Assembly (NCBI GenBank): GCA_016193315.1
Contig: JACPSJ010000001.1
Location: forward strand, 791,478-855,477
Length of the DNA: 64,000 bases
Direction of reading: 5' to 3'
Source: Candidatus Kerfeldbacteria bacterium
Lineage (GTDB): Bacteria; Patescibacteriota; Patescibacteriia; SBBC01; CAIJZX01
Of this stretch, positions 18,953 to 27,643 are shown piece after piece. Made by a program: the position numbers and the translations under genes. The stretch's first letter is position 1. Every line of letters begins with the position of its first letter. A model generated the notes under the pieces. It was not told the origin of the DNA and did no database searches. It was given only the letters and a program-made list of their open reading frames with translations.

Positions 18953-19792
18953 GCGCCAATTTCCGCGTCCGTCAGTTTCAAATTCCAACGTCCCTTCCAA
19001 ATCCGTCCGGTGGACCTCAACCCGGAAGTATTCCAGCCGTCTTAGGGTCGTCGGATGCGGATGGTGATAGCGGTTTCTTGACCCAACCGAAATCACTGCT
19101 ATCCTCGGCTGCACTGCCCGCAACCAACTGTGGCTGGTCGAAAACCGCGATCCGTGATGACCGACTTTCAACAGCGACGCTCGCACGTTAACCCCGCTGG
19201 CGGTAATCCGTTCCTCGACCTCACTCGACGCGTCGCCGACCATCACCGTAGTACTGCCAGCACAGGTCAAACTAATACCAACTGACCACTCATTGGTCGC
19301 GGTGGTACGTGAATTCCGTACGGCGTCCAGAAACGGCCACAGTATTTCCAGTTTTAGGTACGAACCGAGCTGGAATTGTTCGCCTTGCTGTACAACGCGC
19401 TCGTCTACGCTTCGTTCCGCGAGCACTTTCCGCCAGGCGTGCCAGGTGGCAGTGTCGGTGCTGACGCCGGACGTCAAGAGGGTCATAATCTCAAACCGTT
19501 TTGCCACCGACACCAGGCCGGTCAGGTGATCGCTGTCAGGATGGGTCAGCACTATCAGTTCCAGGTTTCGGTTCCCCGAACCGAGGTAGTGGGGCAAGAG
19601 TTCGACAATCTTTGACGATGGTCCGCCATCAACGAGCATGTCTTGATGATCAGGTGTCTGAATGAGGATGGCGTCACCCTGGCCGACATCAAGAATGGTT
19701 AATCGACAAGCCGGACTGACATCAGTCGGCCAAAACTGAACCGCCAGCCACAGCCCGAAAACCAGACTAAGCCAGAGGACTTTCAGTCGCAT
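18938..19792 (-). CDS. comEC: ComEC/Rec2 C-terminal metallo-beta-lactamase domain protein, with its own N-terminal TM helix
   Basis: ILDVGQGDAILIQTP, HPDSDH and GHHGS motifs of the ComEC MBL domain; N-terminal hydrophobic helix VLWLSLVFGLWLAV. Confidence 0.75.
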   Translation of the reverse strand: MRLKVLWLSLVFGLWLAVQFWPTDVSPACRLTILDVGQGDAILIQTPDHQDMLVDGGPSSKIVELLPHYLGSGNRNLELIVLTHPDSDHLTGLVSVAKRFEIMTLLTSGVSTDTATWHAWRKVLAERSVDERVVQQGEQFQLGSYLKLEILWPFLDAVRNSRTTATNEWSVGISLTCAGSTTVMVGDASSEVEERITASGVNVRASLLKVGHHGSRFSTSHSWLRAVQPRIAVISVGSRNRYHHPHPTTLRRLEYFRVEVHRTDLEGTLEFETDGRGNWRLTKT

Positions 19793-21191
19793 GGTTTCGA
19801 GTCATCAGATGAAACGCAAACCAAACCGCTAGCGCCGCAGTCAAGGCGACCAGCCAACCGGACAACTGAACAGCGGCGTTCGGCAGTGTTGCACCCCAGT
19901 GAATGATGGATAAAATTCCGCGGACCACCGTATCCGTGGCCGGCCCCAGTAGACCAACAAACAGCGCGCCGAACCCCAACCCCATACCGAGTGGGATGAG
20001 CGGCAACACGCTGGTGTTGACCAGCGGCGCCACGAGTGACAGGCGGCCGAAGTGCCACAGCAGCAACGGCTCGGTCATCAGCATCGCCGCCAGTGTCGTG
20101 GCCAGGTTGTCGCGCAGACCAAAAGCTTCGGGCACCCACGGCAACCGTTCAGCTAAGGGTTTAGCCACGCCCACCAGCCCGATGGTCGCCAAGAATGAGA
20201 GTTGAAAGCCGAGATCATGAAGCAGGATGAGCGGATTGTTCCAGGTCATCACCAGCAGTGTGTAGCCGAGCAGCCTAGCCATGGCGATCGGCCGGCCGAG
20301 CCGGCTGGCCAACACTACCATCATGACCATCAGGCCAGCGCGGGTGACCGAAGCCGAAGCGCCGGTCATGATAACAAATCCGATGACCAAAAACACGGTT
20401 GGCAACCAGGCCCAGCGGCGGCCGATTATTCGAATCAGTACGGTTGAAGCGGCGGTCACGATGATGGTCACGTTGAAACCGGATAGCGCCACCAGGTGAG
20501 TCGTGCCGGTCAGTCGAAACTCTTGCCGCAGTGCGTAGGGCATGTCGGCTTGGGCGCCGAGAAGCAAACCGACCAGAAACGAAGCGGCGGGTTCGTTGAA
20601 ACTAGTCTCGATTCGCCGTCGGGCCCACTCCCTGACGTACGCCAAGACCAGCCGTGGACTGAGCCGAGCTCGTTCTTGATGTACGATCCTGGCTCCCAGA
20701 CACTCAGTCGTCAAACCGTGAACCATCTGGGACCACCGTCGATCGGATCTGATCGGAACTGGTTGACAACGCATCGTCACCCGATCGCCAACGGAAACCA
20801 TGGTCCCGGGCAGCAGGTCAACCGCTGTTTTGCCTGACCGACGCTCTCCGTCCATCCGTAGATCGCTCAGTTCAACCGTCATCTCGCGAGATTCGGTGGA
20901 CGGGCGTTCGAGTATGAGACCAGAAATAGCTACCGGCTGGTTGATTCTGGAGACCAGATTGTGTGGGCTTGGTGCTACCCAGCCAGCCCAGCGTCCCAAA
21001 CCAAAACTCATCCCAATTACCACGCAACTGACCAGACGCAGCCGAGACCACGGCCAGAATCCAAAACCGGTAACCAGCAGCCCGCCAGCCGGCCACCAAG
21101 TCAGGCCGGTTAACTCAGCCAGCATCAACCCGCCCAAGAAACCCGCCAGTGTCGATAACAAATAGGACCGAGGCATAGACGCTTCGGCCAC
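19767..21191 (-). CDS. comEC: ComEC/Rec2 membrane channel portion (competence domain)
   Basis: Polytopic membrane protein with the Competence-domain signature TGTTHLVALSGFNVTI. It ends 26 nt inside the start of the MBL ORF, in a different frame. Confidence 0.75.
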   Translation of the reverse strand: MAEASMPRSYLLSTLAGFLGGLMLAELTGLTWWPAGGLLVTGFGFWPWSRLRLVSCVVIGMSFGLGRWAGWVAPSPHNLVSRINQPVAISGLILERPSTESREMTVELSDLRMDGERRSGKTAVDLLPGTMVSVGDRVTMRCQPVPIRSDRRWSQMVHGLTTECLGARIVHQERARLSPRLVLAYVREWARRRIETSFNEPAASFLVGLLLGAQADMPYALRQEFRLTGTTHLVALSGFNVTIIVTAASTVLIRIIGRRWAWLPTVFLVIGFVIMTGASASVTRAGLMVMMVVLASRLGRPIAMARLLGYTLLVMTWNNPLILLHDLGFQLSFLATIGLVGVAKPLAERLPWVPEAFGLRDNLATTLAAMLMTEPLLLWHFGRLSLVAPLVNTSVLPLIPLGMGLGFGALFVGLLGPATDTVVRGILSIIHWGATLPNAAVQLSGWLVALTAALAVWFAFHLMTRNHATESPLA

Positions 21192-21275
21192 CAGACTTGT
21201 CGAGCTAAACCTAGACGATCACTGGACGAATGTCAAGCCTAACCACGATCCAAACGCCGGCACCGTGAGCACGGT

Positions 21276-23150
21276 TCATTCCACGGTCACCGACTTGGCC
21301 AGCCCGCGCGGCTGGTCAACGTCGCAACCGCGGAGCACGGCCACGTGGTACGCCAAGAGCTGACAGTAGACGCCGGCCAGAATGGGCGTGAACATGGCCC
21401 GGGTGTGCGGCATCCAGAGCACGTGATCGATCTTGCCCTCCGCTTGCAACGCCTGGGGATGCTCATCGCCCCGACTGGCAATCAGCGTCACGCGCCCGCG
21501 GCGGGCCGCCACTTCCTCCAGGTTGGCCATCACCTTCGGGTAGGTGACCTCGCTCTCCCCCTCCTGCGGGGCAATGACTACCACCGGCATGCGCTCGTCA
21601 ATCAAGGCAATCGGACCGTGTTTCATCTCCCCGGCCGGATAGCCCTCGGCGTGAATGTAACTGATCTCCTTGAGTTTCAGTGCTCCTTCTAAAGCGGTGG
21701 GGAAATTATAACCCCGACCGAGAAACAGGCAGTTGGTAGCCGACTTGAATTCCGGTGCCAATTGTCGAACGGCATCGTCAGCCGCCAAGATCTGGGCCAC
21801 CTGATCCGGCAACGCCTTCAGGGCCGTCTCAATGTCAGCGCGGCCTTGGTCCGTCAGGTTTGAGGGGCGCAGCTCGGCCAGACAGAGCGCAAACAGAGAC
21901 AGAGCGGCCACCTGGGCCGTAAAGGCTTTGGTTGATGCCACCCCGATTTCCGGTCCGACATGGAGATACATCCCGGCGTCGGCCACTCGCGTCAGCGACG
22001 CGCCAACGACATTGCCGATATTCCACACCACGGCACCCTGAGTCTTGGCCCGGCGGGCCGCGGCGATCGTATCTTTCGTCTCGCCGGATTGGGATATCGC
22101 GATGCACAGCGTCCGCCCGTCGATGTAGCTGAAACCGGTGGCCAGCTCGGAAGCGTACTCAACGCTGACTGGTAAACCGAGGATTTTTTCCAGCATCCGC
22201 TTACCGATCAGCCCGGCGTGCCAGGACGTGCCGCAGGCGGTAATGACTACCCGCTCCAGTTTCTCGACCAGGAACGGTCGGATCCGTTCGAGTCCTCCCA
22301 GCACGACCCGAGCGTTACCGTCGGCCGACAGCCGGCCGGCCAGGGTGCGTCGCAGCGCCTCTGGCTGTTCCATGATTTCTTTGAGCATGAAGTGGGGATA
22401 ACCGCCTTTCATGATCTGTTCGACCGTCCACTCCAGGCGCTCGACTTCCTTCGTAATAGACTGGTTCTCTAAAGTCAGCGGGGTGAACTCCCGTTCGTGC
22501 ATGACCGCCATCTCCCCGTCCTCGAGGTAGACCACCCGATCGGTTTGCGACCGGAAGGCGGTGGCATCTGAGGCCACGAACATCCCGTGGTCAGCCACAC
22601 CTAAGACCAGCGGGCTGCCGTGACGAGCCGCGACTAATCGGCCCGGTTCGCGATTAGTCATGACGACGATGCCGTAGGCGCCGGACACCACGGCGTGCAT
22701 TTTCTGAACGGCCTGTACCAGGCCGTCTCCCTGGTCGAGGAACCGTTCGATCAGGTGGACGAGCACCTCACTGTCGGTGTCAGAACGGAACGTGTGACCC
22801 TCGGCTTCGAGGGTAGTTCGTAGTTCGCGGAAATTGTCAATCGTACCGTTGTGGACCAGTACCACGTCGTGACGACAGGAGGCGTGGGGATGAGCATTGA
22901 CGTCGGACGGCACGCCGTGCGTGGCCCAGCGGGTGTGAGCGAGACCGACGGTGCTCGTGGTCGACTGCCCGCTCAACGCGGACACCAACTCCGCGACTTT
23001 GCCTTGGCGTTTACGGACGACAATCTGTCCGGGCGGCTCAAGCCAGGCCACGCCGGCTGAATCATAACCCCGATACTCGACCCGCTCCAACCCCTGGACT
23101 AGCAGCGGCAGCACCGGACGCTGACCAATGTACCCGACTATACCACACAT
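21276..23150 (-). CDS. glmS: Glutamine--fructose-6-phosphate aminotransferase (isomerising)
   Basis: The N-terminal nucleophile motif MCGIVGYIG appears 14 codons into the track ORF (21276..23192), so the true start is at 23150. Two SIS domains follow, and the protein ends ...VTVE. Confidence 0.9.
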   Translation of the reverse strand: MCGIVGYIGQRPVLPLLVQGLERVEYRGYDSAGVAWLEPPGQIVVRKRQGKVAELVSALSGQSTTSTVGLAHTRWATHGVPSDVNAHPHASCRHDVVLVHNGTIDNFRELRTTLEAEGHTFRSDTDSEVLVHLIERFLDQGDGLVQAVQKMHAVVSGAYGIVVMTNREPGRLVAARHGSPLVLGVADHGMFVASDATAFRSQTDRVVYLEDGEMAVMHEREFTPLTLENQSITKEVERLEWTVEQIMKGGYPHFMLKEIMEQPEALRRTLAGRLSADGNARVVLGGLERIRPFLVEKLERVVITACGTSWHAGLIGKRMLEKILGLPVSVEYASELATGFSYIDGRTLCIAISQSGETKDTIAAARRAKTQGAVVWNIGNVVGASLTRVADAGMYLHVGPEIGVASTKAFTAQVAALSLFALCLAELRPSNLTDQGRADIETALKALPDQVAQILAADDAVRQLAPEFKSATNCLFLGRGYNFPTALEGALKLKEISYIHAEGYPAGEMKHGPIALIDERMPVVVIAPQEGESEVTYPKVMANLEEVAARRGRVTLIASRGDEHPQALQAEGKIDHVLWMPHTRAMFTPILAGVYCQLLAYHVAVLRGCDVDQPRGLAKSVTVE

Positions 23151-23204
23151 ACGATTTTCATCGAGCCTACCAAAGCCAGCGTCGTAGGTCAACTAGAACC
23201 TATC

Positions 23205-24378
23205 CTAAAAATCCATTCCGGCGCTGCGGCTCGGAATTTCGGGCTGCGGGGCTTCGCCTCGGACGCAAAATATCTCGATATTCCTCGTCCTCCGGCTCGC
23301 CCCTCGCCCGCGAAATTCCGTTCCTCGGCTCGACAGCAGTTGGCCGTCCAGCACTGCGTCGACCTGAGCAGTCTCATGCTTGGTGCGGTGATCCTTGACT
23401 AAACGGTAGGGCTGGAGGACGTAGGAACGGATTTGATTACCCCAGGCCGCCTCGTGAAACTCGCCACGGAGCTGCTGTTTCTCGGCACTCTGTTTCTCCA
23501 GCTCAAGCCGATGCAGCTTGGCTTTCAGAATCTTTAACGCCGTTTCCTTGTTCTGCTGCTGCGAGCGCTCGTTCTGGACGGAGACCATGGTCTTGGTTGG
23601 CAGGTGGACGATCCGCACGGCCGAGTACGTAGTCTGCACGCTCTGACCACCGTGCCCCGAAGATAGAAAGGTGTCAATCCGCAGGTCTTTTGGATCAATC
23701 TTGATCTCTTCGACCGCTTCGAGTTCGGGTAACACTTCTACTAGCGCAAACGACGTGTGGCGCATCGCTTCGGCGTCGAACGGAGATATTCGGACCAAGC
23801 GGTGGACGCCGGCCTCGGACTTCAGATACCCGAAGGCATACCGACCCGCGACCTCGAAGGTAGTGCTCTTGATCCCGGCTTCTTGACCACGAGACTCATC
23901 AACCACTCGGGCCGGCCAGCCGCGGCGCTCGCAAAACCGGAGGTACATGCGGCGGAGCATCTCCACCCAATCTTGGGCGTCAGTGCCGCCGGCGCCGGCG
24001 TGGATGGCAACAATGGCGCTCCGCTCGTCATACCGATCAGCCAAGAGAAGTTGAAACTCGAGCTGTTGGAACCGCTCTTCCAGCTCAGCTACGTGCTGTT
24101 CGACCTCGGCCCGCTGGTCATTCTCAGCCACGCCGGCCAATTCAATCCACGCTCCAACATCCTTTTCGATCCGCTCCCAAGCATCAACTTCTTCCTTCAG
24201 TTCGCTCAGCCGCCGACTGTCAGCTTTGGCCCGAGGGCGGTTAACCCAAAAATCCGGCTGACTCATGGCCGCCTCGAGTTCAAGGATTATCTGTCGCCTT
24301 TGATCTAGGTCAAAGCAGCCTTCGCGAGGCAGCGGTTTTCTCGCGAAGGTGTTCCAAGCGTTTTACCAAGTCAGACAT
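23205..24378 (-). CDS. prfB: Peptide chain release factor 2 with programmed +1 frameshift
   Basis: SPF tripeptide and GGQ motif (SGHGGQSVQTT). The track ORF (23205..24266) starts at ..QPDFW. The upstream frame encodes MSDLVKRLEHLREKTAASRRLL, then CTT TGA C at 24309..24315, with the in-frame continuation DLDQRRQIILELEAAMSQPDFW. This is the classical RF2 autoregulatory shift site. Confidence 0.9.
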
Positions 24379-24393
24379 TAGACCCAGTCTAGC

Positions 24394-25164
24394 CTAACCC
24401 ACTGCCTTCGGCAAGGGACCGATAGCTCCCAAGCAGGACTGGAGTTTATCGGTAGCAGTCCATCCGCATTCCCCATTCTGCTGCCGTTCACATCGCGCCG
24501 TCCGATAGCAAGCGTACTCCTCGCGGTACTCGCACGTCGTCACCACTTCTTGATCGCTGCAGACCTGGCCGCTACAACCGGTGACCACACAACCTTCGCG
24601 GGTCCGACGATTCACGTTCGTGCCTGAGCGAGTCGCCCGGGAAAAGCGGAATGAGCCTAGCAGGCGCTCAAGCTGCTGGAGATGCCGACCACCAGCCATA
24701 ATAACCAGTGTCTGACCACGTAGATCAATCAGTACCTCCTGCAACCGGTCTTCAATGCCTTGAACGACATTCGACTTTTTCGCCGTCCGGCCGCCAACCA
24801 CCAAATCAGTGAAGGTCCGTGACGGCAAGAAACGCTTCTCGTCGGCCTCGACCTGGGTAAGTGATTCGGGTCTGACGGCCACGGTCAGTTCATCCTGACC
24901 AGCGACAATCGGTTCGCCGCGCTGATGTGGCGGAGACAGCACCAGCAACCGATCATCATTCTTATCCGTCGGCACGAATGGCTGCCACTCACCATGGTAC
25001 TGAAAACTGAACCCATAATCTTTGTTCCGATAATCAACAAACCGTAGCGACGAACTGCCCGGGCCAGGCTGGATCGCAAAATTCATGACCGCCAAGAACG
25101 CCGTCACCCCCAACAAGCCAATCAATACGGGGGTTAAGGGAGTGGTGGTACCTAGCGACGACAT
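24394..25164 (-). CDS. Membrane-anchored extracytoplasmic protein with a Cys-rich C-terminal domain (hypothetical)
   Basis: 256 aa; N-terminal signal-anchor LTPVLIGLLGVTAFLAVMNFAI; the C-terminal region carries 10 Cys (CVVTGCSGQVCSDQ..CEYREEYACYRTARC..CGW..C). Confidence 0.5.
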   Translation of the reverse strand: MSSLGTTTPLTPVLIGLLGVTAFLAVMNFAIQPGPGSSSLRFVDYRNKDYGFSFQYHGEWQPFVPTDKNDDRLLVLSPPHQRGEPIVAGQDELTVAVRPESLTQVEADEKRFLPSRTFTDLVVGGRTAKKSNVVQGIEDRLQEVLIDLRGQTLVIMAGGRHLQQLERLLGSFRFSRATRSGTNVNRRTREGCVVTGCSGQVCSDQEVVTTCEYREEYACYRTARCERQQNGECGWTATDKLQSCLGAIGPLPKAVG

Positions 25165-25785
25165 TTAAGGTCGGAGGTGAAAGGTGTCGAGCATTCCGTT
25201 TTCCTCCATTCGGCCGACAGTCACGACATACAGCCGGCCATTAGTCTTGATACCAATGTAGTCCGTTCCGAGGCCGGAGAAACGGACCCGTTTACCCGCC
25301 ACCCCGTCCAAAGTGAAGTCCGTCACCCGATAACCGGCTTCACCTTCATAGACGGTGGCCCATTGAGTAATGGTTTGGACCGTGCCGATTGATTTAATCG
25401 CCTCGCGGGTTTCGGTTGCGACCCCATCCCAAAAAACGATTTCTTCGGCCGCGGACCGCGACTGGTCGACCGACCAGCCCGGTGGTAACTTCAGGTCAAA
25501 CCCCAAATCGGAATTGCCGTAGTCCGTCCAGCCGGCGGTGGGGTTAATCACCGTATTCGTAACATTCGCATTTTCATTCCTCTCAATGGTGTTCACCACG
25601 ATCATCTCATTCACGTTCTCATAGCCTGGGACTGGGACGTAGGAAGACGTAATGCCCGCGTTGCGGTTCGTAGGACTACTATTCTTTGCCGTCGGGATGG
25701 AAAGATTCAAGACTACTAAAAACGCGGCCACCGCCAGGAGGCTGACAATGATCGGCGTCAGGACGACCGAGGCGCGACGGTCCAC
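25165..25785 (-). CDS. Membrane-anchored extracytoplasmic protein, paralog of the downstream gene (hypothetical)
   Basis: 206 aa; its signal-anchor LTPIIVSLLAVAAFLVVLNLSI closely resembles that of 24394..25164; stop and start are adjacent. Confidence 0.5.
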   Translation of the reverse strand: MDRRASVVLTPIIVSLLAVAAFLVVLNLSIPTAKNSSPTNRNAGITSSYVPVPGYENVNEMIVVNTIERNENANVTNTVINPTAGWTDYGNSDLGFDLKLPPGWSVDQSRSAAEEIVFWDGVATETREAIKSIGTVQTITQWATVYEGEAGYRVTDFTLDGVAGKRVRFSGLGTDYIGIKTNGRLYVVTVGRMEENGMLDTFHLRP

Positions 25786-25789
25786 AATC

Positions 25790-25900
25790 CTAGAACGCTA
25801 GGCTCATGACAATAATAAAAGCGCCGATGGCGATAAAGATGACCAGCGCCGGGACGAGCGAAAAGCTACTTTTTTTGCTCCCTTTTTGTGTTAGATCCAT
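25790..25900 (-). CDS. Possible 36-aa single-TM peptide (truncated third paralog?)
   Basis: ATG..TAG ORF encoding MDLTQKGSKKSSFSLVPALVIFIAIGAFIIVMSLAF. It ends 5 nt before the 25165..25785 gene start, and its TM mirrors the anchors of the two paralogs. Below the 60-aa ORF-track cutoff. Confidence 0.2.
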   Translation of the reverse strand: MDLTQKGSKKSSFSLVPALVIFIAIGAFIIVMSLAF

Positions 25901-25961
25901 CGTTCGATGGTAGTTACTAATCAATAATTCTTAGTATACCACTTCTGTGACGACGTTACGA

Positions 25962-26030
25962 TTTGTAGATAACCACCGGCGTCCCCCCCTCGGCCCAGTC
26001 AAATAACCAGGCCGCCGTGTCAGTGGGTCC
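25962..26030 (-). repeat. Degenerate duplicate of the 3' end of the L,D-transpeptidase gene
   Basis: ~70 nt similar to 26142..26210, including an identical 29-mer GCCCAGTCAAATAACCAGGCCGCCGTGTC at 25993..26021 and 26174..26202. The remnant would encode ..DTAAWLFDWAEGGTPVVIYKS*, against the gene end ..DTAAWLFDWADVGTPVVIYKS*. Confidence 0.45.
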
Positions 26031-26101
26031 GAGCCGCACCCGGCTGCGCCGGGTAGCAGGCAAACTGCTTTGCCTGCGGCGGCGAGGACGAGGGCGGCGA
26101 T

Positions 26102-26120
26102 CCCCCGACTTGATCGGGGG
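26102..26120 (-). terminator. GC-rich hairpin CCCCCGA-cttga-TCGGGGG just past the L,D-transpeptidase stop
   Basis: 7-bp perfect stem with a 5-nt loop, 17 nt downstream of the stop codon; no U-tract. Confidence 0.3.
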
Positions 26121-26136
26121 CGCCGCGCCCAGGAAA

Positions 26137-27549
26137 CTAGCTTTTGTAAATCACCACCGGAGTACCAACATCCGCCCAGTCAAATAACCAGGCCGCCGTG
26201 TCGAGTGGCTGCCCCACGCAGCCGTGGCTGCGCGGCCGAATGCCAAAATCATTGTGCCAGTACACGCCGTGCAGTGAGTAGTCGCCCTTGAACCATAAGA
26301 TATTCGGCACGTTCGGAACGTAATAATCCGGGCCGGACATCTTCTGTTTCTTAGTCTTGGCATAGACACGAAAACTGCCAGTCGGCGTCCAGTCATTAAT
26401 GCCAGTTGAAACCTTGGAAGAATAAACTAGCGTCCCATCCTGGTAGACAAATTCCATTTGCTTGCTAATGTCGACGGCGATGACTTTGCCGGTCGGCAGC
26501 GGTGCGGGCGGCGTAGTCGCATGCAGGGTCGGGGCTGGGACCTCATCCATTGGCAGTTCCGGGGCAGCCAGGGCCGGGTTGAGAACGGCCGTGCTAACCA
26601 AGGCCACAGATTGTGGCACATTCAACCGCCGTCCTGAGCTGCCAGGGGTGATGGTTTCGGTATTATTGGCGCTGACCAGCACCTGTTGCGGTTGCGGTTC
26701 AACATTCACCTTGGTGGCCAAAGAAAATATATAGCTGCCGATGGCCGCCTCATTAACGGCGATGGCTACCTGGCCTGGCTGTTCGACGGCGGTGTCGTAT
26801 TGAAACCATCCGGCTAACGTTCCGGTATCAATGGGGAAATCTTGCCCGTTTACCCGGAGCGTCAGTGGTTGGCCCAATCGCGCTTCCGCCTGGGCGATGG
26901 CCGGAACGAAATCTCCCGCCTCGACATCTGGCCACTCGATTTTTGGCTCGAGCGCCAGCGTCGCCGCTTGCCCCAGCCTAGCCGCCGCGTGCAGTTGTTC
27001 TTGAAACGCTTCATCATCGATCACCAGGCCGGCTCGCGCCAGGCTGACCACCAAGTGACCGTCCCGGAACGTGACTGCTGGTTCGACCGGCGGGGAACCG
27101 ACGGCAGCAATGATCTGAGACAAGTAACGAACCAGCCCATCGTTAGTCCAGGTGTAGCTGATGGGAATCGCTTGTCGTCGCACCTCAACCGCGAACCACC
27201 GTGGCAGCGGGCTGAAACGCCCAATGCCGTAGGCCTGATGAAGCGGCGGCACCAGATCGAAAACGAGACCGAGGTCGCGGTAGGATGGTTTCCAGGTACG
27301 ATCTTGGTAGACCAGCGTCACCTGGCGGCTGGCCAGTTCTTGTTCCAGCCGGTGTTTGGCCTCGGCTAAGGTCAACCCACCGACGGGTACGTTACCGATC
27401 CGGACACCAGGCAGAATGCGCGGTCCAAAGGCGTGACCAATCCCAACTAACCCGGTGGCCACCACCAGGCCGACTGCCAACCACCACCATCGCGCGTGAT
27501 CAGCGCTTGGCGATCGTGGCTGCAGCTGGGTTTTTCTTGGCCGCGGCAT
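26137..27549 (-). CDS. L,D-transpeptidase (YkuD/ErfK family) with N-terminal accessory domains
   Basis: C-terminal catalytic motif SHGCVGQPLDTAAW (His/Cys of the YkuD fold); N-terminal TM anchor; 470 aa. Confidence 0.8.
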   Translation of the reverse strand: MPRPRKTQLQPRSPSADHARWWWLAVGLVVATGLVGIGHAFGPRILPGVRIGNVPVGGLTLAEAKHRLEQELASRQVTLVYQDRTWKPSYRDLGLVFDLVPPLHQAYGIGRFSPLPRWFAVEVRRQAIPISYTWTNDGLVRYLSQIIAAVGSPPVEPAVTFRDGHLVVSLARAGLVIDDEAFQEQLHAAARLGQAATLALEPKIEWPDVEAGDFVPAIAQAEARLGQPLTLRVNGQDFPIDTGTLAGWFQYDTAVEQPGQVAIAVNEAAIGSYIFSLATKVNVEPQPQQVLVSANNTETITPGSSGRRLNVPQSVALVSTAVLNPALAAPELPMDEVPAPTLHATTPPAPLPTGKVIAVDISKQMEFVYQDGTLVYSSKVSTGINDWTPTGSFRVYAKTKKQKMSGPDYYVPNVPNILWFKGDYSLHGVYWHNDFGIRPRSHGCVGQPLDTAAWLFDWADVGTPVVIYKS

Positions 27550-27643
27550 ACCGAACTACTGGTCAAGTCGCCACCATGGTAACACACTGCCCCTCGGCTT
27601 CCAACCGCACGTGCGGCAGCCAGGAGAAGTTCGGAGTGACGAT

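Noticed and set aside
23151-23204. Possible glmS ribozyme upstream of glmS
   Set aside because: The gap between glmS and prfB is only ~53 nt, too short for the ribozyme core.
26070-26291. 73-aa plus-strand ORF spanning the ldt 3'-end repeat
   Set aside because: Runs antisense through the ldt C-terminus and the hairpin; Arg/Ala-rich.
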